A DNA stretch of 64,000 bases from an uncultured Bacillota bacterium (GTDB lineage: Bacteria; Bacillota; Dehalobacteriia; UBA4068; UBA4997): positions 7,173 to 71,172 of the forward strand of contig CAQWMM010000003.1 in NCBI GenBank assembly GCA_948907985.1, read 5' to 3'. Shown one piece after another: positions 54,860 through 64,000 of this stretch (position 1 is the stretch's first letter; the number at the start of each line of letters is the position of its first letter). The notes beneath the pieces were generated by a model. It was not told the DNA's origin. It saw nothing but the letters and a program-made list of their open reading frames with translations, and did not search any database. A program made the position numbers and the translations under genes.

Positions 54860-55834
54860 ATGAAAATTTTTGCCAAAAACAGGCCCCTGCTTTGGGGGCT
54901 GATAATGCTGGGGGTTTTGCTGCTGGCCGGCTGCCAGCCGAAGCCGTCGGATAATCCCGGCCGCGGCGAGCTTACGCCGGATTTGATTTCGCAGCAGCCG
55001 CAGTCTTCGGTTACGGCCTTCTTTAAGGCCCAGGGCTGTGATGTTTTGGTGCCGTTGGTTTATGGTATCAATTCCAGCCGCGATACAATCTGGATTGCGC
55101 TGGAAAAGCTGCTGGCCGGCCCGCCGGATTCTTTTGTGGAACCGGTAATCCCGCAGGGCGTTAAAATGAAAGATTTATATTTTTCAGACGGTACGGTGAA
55201 TATTCACCTGACTGGCGATGTGTCTCTGGCGCTGGAGGACGTGAACTTGCAGGCCTTTTGGAGCACCGTTAATATGGAGCTTTTAGAGCAGGACGGTACG
55301 ACGGCGGCGGTGCGGCTTTATTATAACGATCAGCCTTTGCTGGAAGATGCTTATCAGGCGCAGGCGGTGAACGATTTTGGCGGCGGCGCGGACGGCTCGT
55401 ATGTCTATTTTGTGGACGGTCAGGCAATGTATCTGGTGCCGCTGGCCCTGCCGCTGACGGCTATGGATAAAGGACAGGCCGGGGAAGAGTTCTTCACGGC
55501 GCTGTTGAGCGCCTGGGCGGGTGTGCCGCCGGAGGGCAGCGGCGTATATTCTGCGCTGGCGCTGGTGGATGATTTGCAGTTGTTGGGTATCAGCTTGCAG
55601 GACGGCGTGCTGACGCTTAACTTCAGCGCCGGGCTGCAAAGACTGTCCAGCAGTACGCAGGAAAAATTGCTGCTGGACAGTCTGCTGGCCACGCTTGCGC
55701 CGTACCGCCAGATTGACAGCGTGCAGCTTTTGGCGGAGGGCGAACCGCTTAATTATCTGCCCAGCGGGCTGGAGGTGGATCAACCTCTGAAAGTTGAACA
55801 CTCGCTGGACGCCTTTAACCGGGTGGGGCAGTAA
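54860..55834 (+). CDS. GerM-like lipoprotein (two GerMN domains).
   Basis: Lipobox LLLAGC. GerMN-type sequence in both halves. Confidence 0.6.
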   Translation: MKIFAKNRPLLWGLIMLGVLLLAGCQPKPSDNPGRGELTPDLISQQPQSSVTAFFKAQGCDVLVPLVYGINSSRDTIWIALEKLLAGPPDSFVEPVIPQGVKMKDLYFSDGTVNIHLTGDVSLALEDVNLQAFWSTVNMELLEQDGTTAAVRLYYNDQPLLEDAYQAQAVNDFGGGADGSYVYFVDGQAMYLVPLALPLTAMDKGQAGEEFFTALLSAWAGVPPEGSGVYSALALVDDLQLLGISLQDGVLTLNFSAGLQRLSSSTQEKLLLDSLLATLAPYRQIDSVQLLAEGEPLNYLPSGLEVDQPLKVEHSLDAFNRVGQ

Positions 55835-55882
55835 ACAGATTGATAACAAATAAGCTATTGGGGCGGGAGGTAAACTGTTAAG

Positions 55883-56707
55883 ATGAATAAAACTCTGGCA
55901 TTTTTAGGCAGCGGCAATATGGCCTCGGCGATTGGCCGTGGGCTGGCCGCCCGCGGCAGCAGTTTGCAGCTGTGTTTTTATGATGTAACGCCGGCTAAGG
56001 CGCAGGCTTTGGCCGGAGAGGTCGGCGGGGCTGCCGCTGCCAGCCTGGCGGAGGCGGCCCGGGCGGATGTTCTGCTGCTGGCCGTTAAGCCGCAGAACAT
56101 GGCCGGGCTTTTGGCTGATTTGGCTCCTTTGCTGGAAAACACCAACGGCAAACTGATTTTAACCATTGCCGCGGGGCTGCCTTTGGCCTGGTATGAACAG
56201 CGTCTGCCGGCTGGGTTGGCGCTGGTGCGCGCCATGCCCAACACCTCGGCGGCGGTGGGGGCGGCGATTTCCGGACTGATGGCTGGCCGCTTGGCAACAG
56301 CCGGGGACAAAAGCCTGGCGGAACAGGTTTTTGCGGCGGTGGGCCGCTTTATCTGGCTGGATGAGCGGGATATTCACGCGCTGACCGCCGTTTCCGGCAG
56401 CGGCCCGGCTTATTATTATTATTTCACCGAGGCTTTGGCGGCGGCGGGGGCAAAGCTGGGGCTTGCCCCACAGGTGGCCGAGCTTTTGGCGCGCCAGACG
56501 GCGATCGGCGTTGGCCGTCTGCTGGAGAACCAGCCGGACGTGCCTCTGGCTGAACTGCGCCGGCAGGTTACCTCCAAAGGGGGTACAACGGCGGCGGCGC
56601 TGGCGGCTTTTGCGGCGGAGGACGCGGGCGGCGGCCTGCCCGGCCTGGTGGAAGAAGCCTGCCGGGCCTGTGCCCGGCGCAGTGAGGAAATGGCTGAAGA
56701 ACTTTAA
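55883..56707 (+). CDS. proC: Pyrroline-5-carboxylate reductase.
   Basis: An NADP Rossmann N-terminus (LAFLGSGNMASAI) and a P5CR C-terminal domain. Confidence 0.85.
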   Translation: MNKTLAFLGSGNMASAIGRGLAARGSSLQLCFYDVTPAKAQALAGEVGGAAAASLAEAARADVLLLAVKPQNMAGLLADLAPLLENTNGKLILTIAAGLPLAWYEQRLPAGLALVRAMPNTSAAVGAAISGLMAGRLATAGDKSLAEQVFAAVGRFIWLDERDIHALTAVSGSGPAYYYYFTEALAAAGAKLGLAPQVAELLARQTAIGVGRLLENQPDVPLAELRRQVTSKGGTTAAALAAFAAEDAGGGLPGLVEEACRACARRSEEMAEEL

Positions 56708-56741
56708 GAGGAGCTTAAAACGGGAGGGGTAAACAAGCCTG

Positions 56742-57587
56742 ATGATAAAAATTATTGCTGATAGTGCCTGTGATTTACCGGCAGAGTTGGTTGAAGAGTA
56801 CGGAATTTTGATTATGCCAATGCACATAAGTTTTGGCGAGTCCACCTATGACGATCAGGAAGAATTGAGTACAGACGACTTTTATCAGCGGCTGACGGCT
56901 GGCCGGGAGTTCCCCACCACCTCGTATCCGGCGATTGGCCGCTATCAGAATGCGGTGGACGCGGAACTGGCCGCCGGTAATCAGGTGTTGATTATTACTA
57001 TTGCCGAGCCTCTTTCCGGCTGTTATGACAGTTTGCGCCTGTTGTTTGCCGATTATCCGCAGGATCGGGTGGCGGTGGTGGACTCTAAAAGCGCCACCCT
57101 GGGCGAGGGCGCGGTTGTGCTGGCGGCGGCCCGGCTGGCGGCCGGCGGTTGCAGCTTTGGCGAACTGCTGGCGGCGATGCCCGGGTTGGTGGCCCGCTCG
57201 CAGGGTTATGGGGCGATTAATAACCTGACCTATCTGGCTAGGGGCGGCCGTATCAGCGGCACAGCCGCCACGGTGGCTACGGCGTTGAATATTAAGCCGG
57301 TAATTAATATTTGCCCGGACGGCTCTTTGGAGGTCGCCCAGAAAGTGCGCGGTATGGCCAAGGCGCTGGCCTGGCTGGCGGCCCGGGTTAAACAGGACGG
57401 GTTGGATTTTCGGCAGACGACGCTGTTTGTCAGCTATATTGTGCAGGAAGACAGCGCTCGGCGGCTGTTGGAGCAGCTGCGGCAGGAACTGGAACTGGGC
57501 GAGGTCGTCTTTTCGCAAATCGGGCCTACTGTGGGTACGCATCTGGGGCCGGGGTGTGTGGCGCTGTTTTACCTGCGGCCAGAGTAG
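56742..57587 (+). CDS. DegV-family fatty-acid-binding protein.
   Basis: A DegV N-terminus (MIKIIADSACDLP) and family length. Confidence 0.8.
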   Translation: MIKIIADSACDLPAELVEEYGILIMPMHISFGESTYDDQEELSTDDFYQRLTAGREFPTTSYPAIGRYQNAVDAELAAGNQVLIITIAEPLSGCYDSLRLLFADYPQDRVAVVDSKSATLGEGAVVLAAARLAAGGCSFGELLAAMPGLVARSQGYGAINNLTYLARGGRISGTAATVATALNIKPVINICPDGSLEVAQKVRGMAKALAWLAARVKQDGLDFRQTTLFVSYIVQEDSARRLLEQLRQELELGEVVFSQIGPTVGTHLGPGCVALFYLRPE

Positions 57588-57621
57588 GGAACATTGATAA
57601 AAAAATTGTTATAGCAAGTTC

Positions 57622-57680
57622 GCGCCCTCTCAGTCTATTTGCTAACACAAATAGCCAGCTCTCCCAAGGGGAGAGCCAAG
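57622..57680 (+). repeat. REP-like element copy B (GCGCCCTCTC, hairpin, AGCTCTCCC-AAGG-GGAGAGCC), followed by two more hairpins to 57754.
   Basis: It matches 38290-38350. Additional hairpins are cctctccc-tgt-gggagagg and gtcaaccg-gcataa-gtcggttgac. Confidence 0.5.
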
Positions 57681-57800
57681 GCTTACAGGCCGAAAAGACC
57701 TGCCTCTCCCTGTGGGAGAGGTGTCAACCGGCATAAGTCGGTTGACGGAGAGGGTAAAAACAAATAAATATAAATATAAAGACAGGAATTAGGTTTGATT

Positions 57801-58949
57801 ATGCAGGAAATTTATTTTGATAACGCCGCCACCACCCAGGTTTTGCCCGAGGTGGCGGAGATGGCGCGGAAGATGATGTGCGAGGAATACGGCAATCCCT
57901 CTGCTCTGTATGGGCGCGGCCTGGCGGCCGAGCGGGCGGTTAAACAGGCCCGGGAACAGGTGGCGGCGCTGATTGGCGCGCAGCCGCAGGAAATTATTTT
58001 CACCTCCGGCGCCACCGAGTCCAACAATATGGCGATGCGCGGCGCGATGAAAATTCGGACGCGGCGCGGCAAGCATATGGTGATTTCCGCTCTGGAGCAT
58101 CAATCGGTTATCCAGACGGTGCGCGCCATGCTGGAGCTGGGTTATGACTTCGACTTGATACCGGTGGAAACCAGCGGGAGGATTAATCCAGGCGTTGTGC
58201 AAAATATGATGCGGCCGGACACGGTTTTTGCCAGTATTATGTTGGTGAACAACGAGGTCGGCACCGTCCAGCCGATTGCCGATTTGCGCCGCGCTATTGA
58301 CGCCAAGCGCAGCCAGGTTTTGCTGCACGTCGACGCCTCGCAGGCCTTGGGCAAAATCCCGATCAATGTAAGCGAGCTGGGCGTTGACTTTCTGACGGGC
58401 AGCGGCCACAAGCTGCACGCGCCCAAAGGCGTGGGTTTTGTTTATGTTCGTCAGGGGCTTAGGATTCCGCCATTTATCAACGGCGGCGGGCAGGAGGGCG
58501 GTTTGCGCTCCGGCACCGAAAACACACCGGGCATTTGCGCTTTGGGTTTGGCGGCCAGGCTGGCCCAGACGCAAATGGAAGAACGCTATCAACAGGTGAA
58601 ACAGGTTCATGATACGTTTTTGCAGGGGCTAAAAGGTCTGGACGGCTGGCATATCAACGGCCGGGCCGCCGAGCGGCTGCCGCATATTCTGAGCATTGCC
58701 TTTGACGGCGTTAAAAGCGAAGTTTTGCTGCATATGCTGGAGGAGCAGGGAATTTATGTGTCGGCTGGGGCGGCCTGTTCCGCCCATAAAGATACTTTAA
58801 GCCACGTCCTGCGCGCTATGCGGATGCGGCGCAACCTGATTGAGGGCACGCTGCGCTTTAGCTTTTCCCATTTGAACACCACCCAGGAGGCAGAATTGGC
58901 GGCCCAGGCGGTTTGCCGTTCGGTGCAGGATTTGAGAGGTATAATATGA
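57801..58949 (+). CDS. nifS: Cysteine desulfurase (NifS/IscS-like).
   Basis: Class V aminotransferase with a PLP-Lys motif (SGHKLHAPKG). It overlaps thiI (ATGA). Confidence 0.85.
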   Translation: MQEIYFDNAATTQVLPEVAEMARKMMCEEYGNPSALYGRGLAAERAVKQAREQVAALIGAQPQEIIFTSGATESNNMAMRGAMKIRTRRGKHMVISALEHQSVIQTVRAMLELGYDFDLIPVETSGRINPGVVQNMMRPDTVFASIMLVNNEVGTVQPIADLRRAIDAKRSQVLLHVDASQALGKIPINVSELGVDFLTGSGHKLHAPKGVGFVYVRQGLRIPPFINGGGQEGGLRSGTENTPGICALGLAARLAQTQMEERYQQVKQVHDTFLQGLKGLDGWHINGRAAERLPHILSIAFDGVKSEVLLHMLEEQGIYVSAGAACSAHKDTLSHVLRAMRMRRNLIEGTLRFSFSHLNTTQEAELAAQAVCRSVQDLRGII

Positions 58950-60157
58950 TAAAGACAGGCCAGCCACAGCAGTTGTTGATGATTAAATACGGCGAACTGG
59001 GCTTGAAAGGTAAGAATAAAAATTTATTTATCCGTCAGCTGGTGCAGAATATTGAGCAGGCGATCTCTGACCTGCCCAGCCGCAAGGTGCGCAGTACCCG
59101 CGGGCGGATTATTGTGCCGCTGCTCTCGGCGGACGAGTTGTCGCCGCTGCGCGAACGTTTGAGCCGGGTTTTTGGTATTTATGCCATCTGCCCGGTGCAG
59201 TTTGCCACCAAAGAACTGCCGCAGATCCAGAAAACGGCCCTAAGGGTGTTGGAACAGGCTCTGCCGGCGGGCGGCGAGTTTAAGGTGGAAAGCCGCCGGG
59301 CGGATAAAAGTTTCCCGCTGATCTCGCCGGAAATCAGCCGCGAGGTGGGCAATTATATTTTTGAGCAGACCGGCGATAAATACACCGCTCAGATGAACCA
59401 CCCAAAAAACATTTTGCAGGTGGAGGTGCGCGACGAAGCCGCCTATGTTTACTGCGGCAGCTGGCCTGGCGCTAAGGGTATGCCGGTTGGCACCGGCGGC
59501 CGGGCGGTTGTAATGCTCTCCGGTGGTATCGACAGCCCGGTGGCAGCCTGGCTGGCGATGAAGCGCGGCGTTACGGTGCAGGCGGTTCACTTTGAAAGTT
59601 TTCCTTTTACCAGCGAGCGCGCGCAGGAAAAGGTGATGGATTTGGCGCGCAAACTTTCTTGCTGGCAAAACGGCGAGTTTAAGGTGCATTGCGTGCATTT
59701 TACAGAAATTCAAAAGGCGATCCACGCCGCCTGCCCGGAAGAATACGGCATTACCATAATGCGGCGTTTTATGTTTCGTCTGGCAGAAAAAATTGCCCGA
59801 AGCAACGCCGGTCTGGCAATTTATACCGGCGAGAGCGTCGGCCAGGTGGCCAGCCAAACCCTGGAGAGTATGTATGTGATTAACGAGGTTTGCCGGATGC
59901 CGGTAATGCGGCCGCTGGTGGGCTTTGATAAGGAAGAGATTATGGCCCGGGCCAAACAGATTGGCACTTACGACATTTCAATCCGCCCCTATGAAGATTG
60001 CTGTACGGTGTTTTTGCCGGCTCATCCCAAAATCAGGCCGCGCCTGGCCGAGGCGCAGGCCATGGAGGCCGGATTGCCGGTGGACGAACTTTTGGAACAG
60101 GCTTTGGCGGCTACCAAAACCTGGCTGGCTACACCGGAGGGGGTGAGTGTGTTATGA
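58946..60157 (+). CDS. thiI: tRNA 4-thiouridine synthase (short form without a rhodanese domain).
   Basis: THUMP plus a PP-loop (SGGIDSPVA). Confidence 0.85.
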   Translation: MIKTGQPQQLLMIKYGELGLKGKNKNLFIRQLVQNIEQAISDLPSRKVRSTRGRIIVPLLSADELSPLRERLSRVFGIYAICPVQFATKELPQIQKTALRVLEQALPAGGEFKVESRRADKSFPLISPEISREVGNYIFEQTGDKYTAQMNHPKNILQVEVRDEAAYVYCGSWPGAKGMPVGTGGRAVVMLSGGIDSPVAAWLAMKRGVTVQAVHFESFPFTSERAQEKVMDLARKLSCWQNGEFKVHCVHFTEIQKAIHAACPEEYGITIMRRFMFRLAEKIARSNAGLAIYTGESVGQVASQTLESMYVINEVCRMPVMRPLVGFDKEEIMARAKQIGTYDISIRPYEDCCTVFLPAHPKIRPRLAEAQAMEAGLPVDELLEQALAATKTWLATPEGVSVL

Positions 60158-62040
60158 GAAAACGTTCACAAAGCAAGAGCAGTTTAGAAAAGGCGGCTGG
60201 TCGGGTTGAGGCCAAAATTGCTAAGGAGCGGCGCCGTAAATCGGCCAGCCGGCAGACTGACAAAGAGCGCAAACGCGGCGGCCATGTTTTGCAGGGCTTT
60301 TTTATGGCGGCTGCCGCCGGTTACGGTTTTGTGCGCACGCATCGCCCCGGTTGGCCGGATATTTTCATTCCCCGGGATTTTGTCGGTGCGGCGCAGGGTT
60401 CGGATTGGGTGGAGGTTGCTGTTTTCGGCAGCCTGGACGAAAATAATATCACGCGTGAAAGTCGCATCGCCGGTCGGGTTCTGCGGGTTTTGCAGCGTGT
60501 TGATCCCCAAAAGCTGGTTGACGGCTCCGGCGAGGATATGCAGCTGATTATCCGCCAGTTTGGCGCGCCGGGTGATTTTCCGGAGGATGTTTTGCAGGAG
60601 GCCGCCGCCGCTCCCCAACAGGTGCGGCCGGAGGAGTTGGCAGGCCGCCGGGATTGCCGGGAGCTGCCGCTGGTTACGATTGACGGGGTGGACAGCCGGG
60701 ATTTTGACGACGCGGTTTATTGCCGCCGTCTGGAAAACGGCAATTATTTTTTGAGCGTGCAGATTGCCGATGTGGCCCATTATGTGCCTCTGCGTTCCGC
60801 TTTGGAGCAGGAAGCCTTTGCCCGCGCCACCAGTATCTATCTGCCGGATAGGGTGCTGCCGATGCTGCCCTGCGAACTTTCCAACGGTATTTGCAGCCTG
60901 AACGCTGGTCAGGACAGGCTGGCGCTGGCCTGTGATATGGAGTATACGCCGCGCGGCCGCCTGGTCAGCCATGATATTTATCAAAGCGTTATCAAAGTTG
61001 CCCAACGGCTGGATTATGACACCGTCAACGCCGCCCTGCTGGATAAAGATAAAGCGGCGCGGAACGAACTGGCGGCGCATTTGCCGATGTTGCAGGATTT
61101 GGCGGCCTTGCAGCGGATTTTGGCGCGCAAACGCCACCGCCGGGGCGCGCTGGATTTTGAATTTCCGGAACTGAAAGTTAAGCTGGACGAACAGGGACGG
61201 GTGGTTGACGTTGGCAGACGCAGCAGCCGTCTGGCCGAGAAAATGATTGAACAGGCTATGCTTTCGGCCAACGAAACAGTAGCCGAGCACTTTTGGCGTT
61301 TGCGTCTGCCGCTGGTTTATCGTGTGCACGAGGGGCCGACTGACGAGCGGCTGGAGATGCTGAACGAGGCGCTGGCGGCGCTCTCGCTGGAGCCGCTGCC
61401 CGCCGGGCCGGACTTGACGCCCAAGGCCGTACAGCAGTTGCTTAGCCAGGTAGAGGGCAGCGAAATGGCGGATTTTGTGCAGCTGACTGCCCTGCGCAGT
61501 ATGAGCCATGCCGCCTATGCCGCCAAGCAGGGGGAGCATTTTGGGCTGGCGGCCAAATATTACTGCCACTTTACTTCGCCAATTCGGCGCTATCCGGATT
61601 TGCTGGTTCACCGGGTGGTTAAGCAGTTTTTGAGCGGCCGGGAAAATCCGGCCCTGCTGCCGGCCAATCCGCAAAAGCAGCTGGCCTATGTGGAGGCCGC
61701 GGCCAGGCAGTCTTCAGAACGGGAACTGGCGGCGGAAGAAATTGAGCGCGCCGCTATCAAAATGAAGTGTTGCCTGTTTATGCAGAATAAAATTGGTGAA
61801 ATCTTTGCGGCGCGGGTTTCCGGGCTGACGGCCAAGGGGCTTTATGTGGCGCTGCCTAACGGTATTGAGGGCCACATTCCGCTGCTTAGTCTGCCAGCGG
61901 ACGAATATCAGTATATTGAGCCGATTATGCTGCTGAAAGGCCGCGAGCGCAGTTATACCCTGGGGGATGAGGTGCAGGTGCGCCTGACGGCGGTTGATTT
62001 GCTGGAGCGGCGGATTACCTTTGAGGAGGTGCAGGCATGA
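60154..62040 (+). CDS. rnr: Ribonuclease R (RNB family, S1 C-terminus).
   Basis: An RNB catalytic core (DDAV…, HFTSPIRRYPD) and a C-terminal S1 domain. Confidence 0.85.
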   Translation: MRKRSQSKSSLEKAAGRVEAKIAKERRRKSASRQTDKERKRGGHVLQGFFMAAAAGYGFVRTHRPGWPDIFIPRDFVGAAQGSDWVEVAVFGSLDENNITRESRIAGRVLRVLQRVDPQKLVDGSGEDMQLIIRQFGAPGDFPEDVLQEAAAAPQQVRPEELAGRRDCRELPLVTIDGVDSRDFDDAVYCRRLENGNYFLSVQIADVAHYVPLRSALEQEAFARATSIYLPDRVLPMLPCELSNGICSLNAGQDRLALACDMEYTPRGRLVSHDIYQSVIKVAQRLDYDTVNAALLDKDKAARNELAAHLPMLQDLAALQRILARKRHRRGALDFEFPELKVKLDEQGRVVDVGRRSSRLAEKMIEQAMLSANETVAEHFWRLRLPLVYRVHEGPTDERLEMLNEALAALSLEPLPAGPDLTPKAVQQLLSQVEGSEMADFVQLTALRSMSHAAYAAKQGEHFGLAAKYYCHFTSPIRRYPDLLVHRVVKQFLSGRENPALLPANPQKQLAYVEAAARQSSERELAAEEIERAAIKMKCCLFMQNKIGEIFAARVSGLTAKGLYVALPNGIEGHIPLLSLPADEYQYIEPIMLLKGRERSYTLGDEVQVRLTAVDLLERRITFEEVQA

Positions 62041-62504
62041 GCGCTAATTCCCGAACAATTATTGATAATCGCAAGGCGCGTCATGAATATAATTTTTTGG
62101 AAAAATACGAGGCGGGCATAGAGTTGCGCGGCACCGAGGTTAAATCACTGCGCGCCGGCAAGGGCAGTTTGCAGGACGCTTACGCCCGCATTGAAAATGG
62201 TCAGCTGTGGTTGTATAATCTGCATATCAGCGCCTATGCCTTTGGCAATATTAACAATCATGAAGAAAAACGCCCGCGCCGCCTGCTGCTGCATAAGTCG
62301 GAGATTGCCCGGCTTTATGCCGCTGTACGCGAAAAGGGCCTGACGCTGGTGCCGGTGCGGCTTTATTTCAGCCGGGCGCTGGTTAAGGTGGAACTGGCGC
62401 TGGCGCGGGGCAAAAAGCTTTACGATAAGCGCGACGCTATGGCCGAGCGCGACAGCAAGCGGCAGATTGAGCGCAGTCTGAAAGAGCGCAGCCGGGATTT
62501 TTAG
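62037..62504 (+). CDS. smpB: SsrA-binding protein.
   Basis: Canonical SmpB sequence (GTEVKSLRAG…). Confidence 0.9.
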   Translation: MSANSRTIIDNRKARHEYNFLEKYEAGIELRGTEVKSLRAGKGSLQDAYARIENGQLWLYNLHISAYAFGNINNHEEKRPRRLLLHKSEIARLYAAVREKGLTLVPVRLYFSRALVKVELALARGKKLYDKRDAMAERDSKRQIERSLKERSRDF

Positions 62505-62605
62505 GCCGATACTGTTTTAAAGTGTCGAAAAATTGGTGAGAAAATCTGCTTAAAAACCGGAGGATTTCGCCAATAATAATTGTAATTATATAAGAAATAA
62601 AATCC

Positions 62606-62963
62606 GGGGGTGTTTTCTGGATTCGACGTGGGAAGGATTGGTTGGATAAGCGAGCCGGGGACGTCATCAGCCCGTTAAACTATGGCAAAAGTCATTTTTA
62701 AATGGCAACAGAAACAATTTAGCTTTAGCAGCTTAATCGCTACCTCTGCCTGGGCCCAGCTTGCCGGCCGGGGCAAAGAGGTCATCCATGCAAGCTATTC
62801 TGGCGCCGCCTGCCCGGCGGCGCTGGCAGAAAAATTTTGGGCTGGCGGTTTTGAAGATTTGTTTGCTGCTCTTGAAACCGTAAGATTTGGCAACAAAATA
62901 CGCTCGTAGAAAGTCTGATGGGTTCTCTTGCGGACGCGGGTTCAACTCCCGCCACCTCCACCA
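62606..62963 (+). ncRNA. ssrA: tmRNA (transfer-messenger RNA).
   Basis: The 5' end GGGGGUGUUUUCUGGAUUCGACG pairs with the 3' end CACCUCC-A-CCA. A T-arm GGACGCGGGTTCAACTCCCGCC is present. The tag ORF ends …NLALAA-TAA. Confidence 0.85.
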
Positions 62964-63046
62964 GAGAAAAGCCTTGTGCAGGGCGCGTCGCAAGGGTTGG
63001 GCTTTTCAATAACCTGCTCTATAACACGTTCTGGATAAGGTAAATT

Positions 63047-63083
63047 AAAAGAGGTTACTGTTTGAATCAGTAACCTCTTTTTC
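63047..63083. terminator. Bidirectional intrinsic terminator.
   Basis: A 14 bp perfect stem (aaaagaggttactg / cagtaacctctttt) with a TTTTT run. Confidence 0.7.
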
Positions 63084-63136
63084 GTGAACACTTGAGCGGT
63101 CGGCGCACGCTAAAGTGATTAAAAACGGCGGCTTGT

Positions 63137-63985
63137 TCACTCGGTTGTAATGGGAAACTCCGGTGTTCCGGCCGCGCCGGCGGCAATCTCGTATTTGGCA
63201 AAGGTAACAACCGGTACGCCGTCTGGCCGGATATAAAAGGCGGTGTTTTCATCCACGCCTGCAAATCCGCCCTCTTCCGCCGGGAAAAAGTAAGAGAATC
63301 CCGTTTCGTCCACGCTGGCCGCGATGCCGCGCTGGATGGATTCATTACAAATCTGCACCCAGTCGTCGCCTAAAAGCATTTGCAGAGTAATTGGCTGGTT
63401 ATTCTGCAAATCTAAATTATAATAATAACTCTCCTCGTATGCCGCAACCCAACATTCGCCAAGATACACCGCAAAAGAAACCGTGGTGTCGGTTTGGCTT
63501 TTAATTTCATAATCCACTATCACATCCATTCTCCGTTCCGCCAGTTCAGCTTTCGTGCCGCCGGTTGCCAAAAAGGCCTCGGAATAATCGGCCCAATCCT
63601 GGCGGGCTTTGGCCAAATGCCTGTCCACCTCTTCCTGAATAGCGGCGTTAATCTGCGGGGCCAGCGGGCCAGAGGCTTGTATTTCCGGAACGCTCACCTG
63701 AAAGTCAATGCCGTCTTGTGTTTGCTGAAAATTTTGAATGGTTAAAATTTTGAACAGACCGCTTAAAATCGGCATATCCGCTGCTATTGCCGCCGCTGTG
63801 GGCGAAAGGTTAAGCGTGCCGAAAAGCACGGCGAAACAGGCGGCGGCGGTGGCGAGGCTGATTTTCAGATAACGCTGCCGGTAATTTTTCCTGCCCTGCC
63901 GGATTGAGGCGCGCACCAGAGCGTCCAATTCCTGCGGGATGGGGGTTGCCTCATAATCGTTTCTGGCGTTTTTTAATTCGTTCAT
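63137..63985 (-). CDS. RsiV-like anti-sigma factor (cytoplasmic anti-sigma domain, transmembrane segment, DUF4163/DUF3298 ectodomain).
   Basis: A short N-terminal region, a transmembrane segment (LATAAACFAVLFG) and a lysozyme-binding-type extracytoplasmic domain. The cognate ECF sigma gene would lie beyond the window. Confidence 0.5.
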   Translation of the reverse strand: MNELKNARNDYEATPIPQELDALVRASIRQGRKNYRQRYLKISLATAAACFAVLFGTLNLSPTAAAIAADMPILSGLFKILTIQNFQQTQDGIDFQVSVPEIQASGPLAPQINAAIQEEVDRHLAKARQDWADYSEAFLATGGTKAELAERRMDVIVDYEIKSQTDTTVSFAVYLGECWVAAYEESYYYNLDLQNNQPITLQMLLGDDWVQICNESIQRGIAASVDETGFSYFFPAEEGGFAGVDENTAFYIRPDGVPVVTFAKYEIAAGAAGTPEFPITTE

Positions 63986-64000
63986 TCAATCATCGCTCCT

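Noticed and set aside
1-64000. CRISPR arrays, rRNA and tRNA genes.
   Set aside because: No short regularly spaced direct repeats were seen. No cloverleaf-compatible tRNA was seen. The only RNA gene recognised is the tmRNA at 62606-62963.

Overview
This 64 kb window comes from a GC-rich (~58-60%) spore-forming Firmicutes chromosome. Spore markers are a CotF-like coat protein, a GerM lipoprotein, a DegV protein and an RsiV-like anti-sigma factor.

Positions ~3.06-18.5 kb hold a single plus-strand late operon of a PBSX-like contractile-tail phage element. Gene order is small terminase (truncated), large terminase, SPP1-type portal, XkdQ-like hub, an XkdN-like tail assembly chaperone with a -1 frameshift site, major capsid, connectors, tail sheath, tail tube, XkdS-like, baseplate J, XkdU-like, tail fibre, holin and an M23 endolysin. 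Four things are abnormal. There is no tape-measure gene. There is no scaffold/protease gene. No integrase, repressor or replication module lies immediately upstream. The small terminase lacks its DNA-binding N-terminus. I therefore read it as a domesticated or defective phage-like particle locus.

The remaining ~45 kb is chromosome backbone:
- lspA-rluD, rarA, apgM, azlCD, a DUF1963 gene, and an Lrp gene next to an FNT-sufC-sufD operon.
- ybaK and a complete glycogen locus (glgB-glgP-glgC-glgD-glgA), followed by an unusual GH13+GH77 fusion and pgi.
- A tandem hotdog thioesterase, and an orphan divergent pair of an S24 (CI/LexA-like) repressor and a sigma-region-4/ArpU-like regulator.
- A polyferredoxin membrane protein, a MATE pump, an AraC-GNAT regulator, rsmA, and a pspA-ydjG-ydjI-like envelope-stress operon.
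- yfbR, a ToxN/AbiQ-like ORF with a leader terminator, a GerM lipoprotein, proC, a DegV gene, nifS-thiI, rnr-smpB-ssrA (tmRNA), and an RsiV-like anti-sigma factor.

Two short sequence families stand out. A 40 bp direct repeat carries an extended -10 promoter ahead of the terminase and portal genes. A 29 bp palindromic motif occurs once inside the phage operon and once, inverted, ahead of the FNT-sufCD operon. There are also REP-like CTCTCCC/GGGAGAG hairpin elements. No CRISPR array, rRNA or tRNA was seen. The only RNA gene is the tmRNA.
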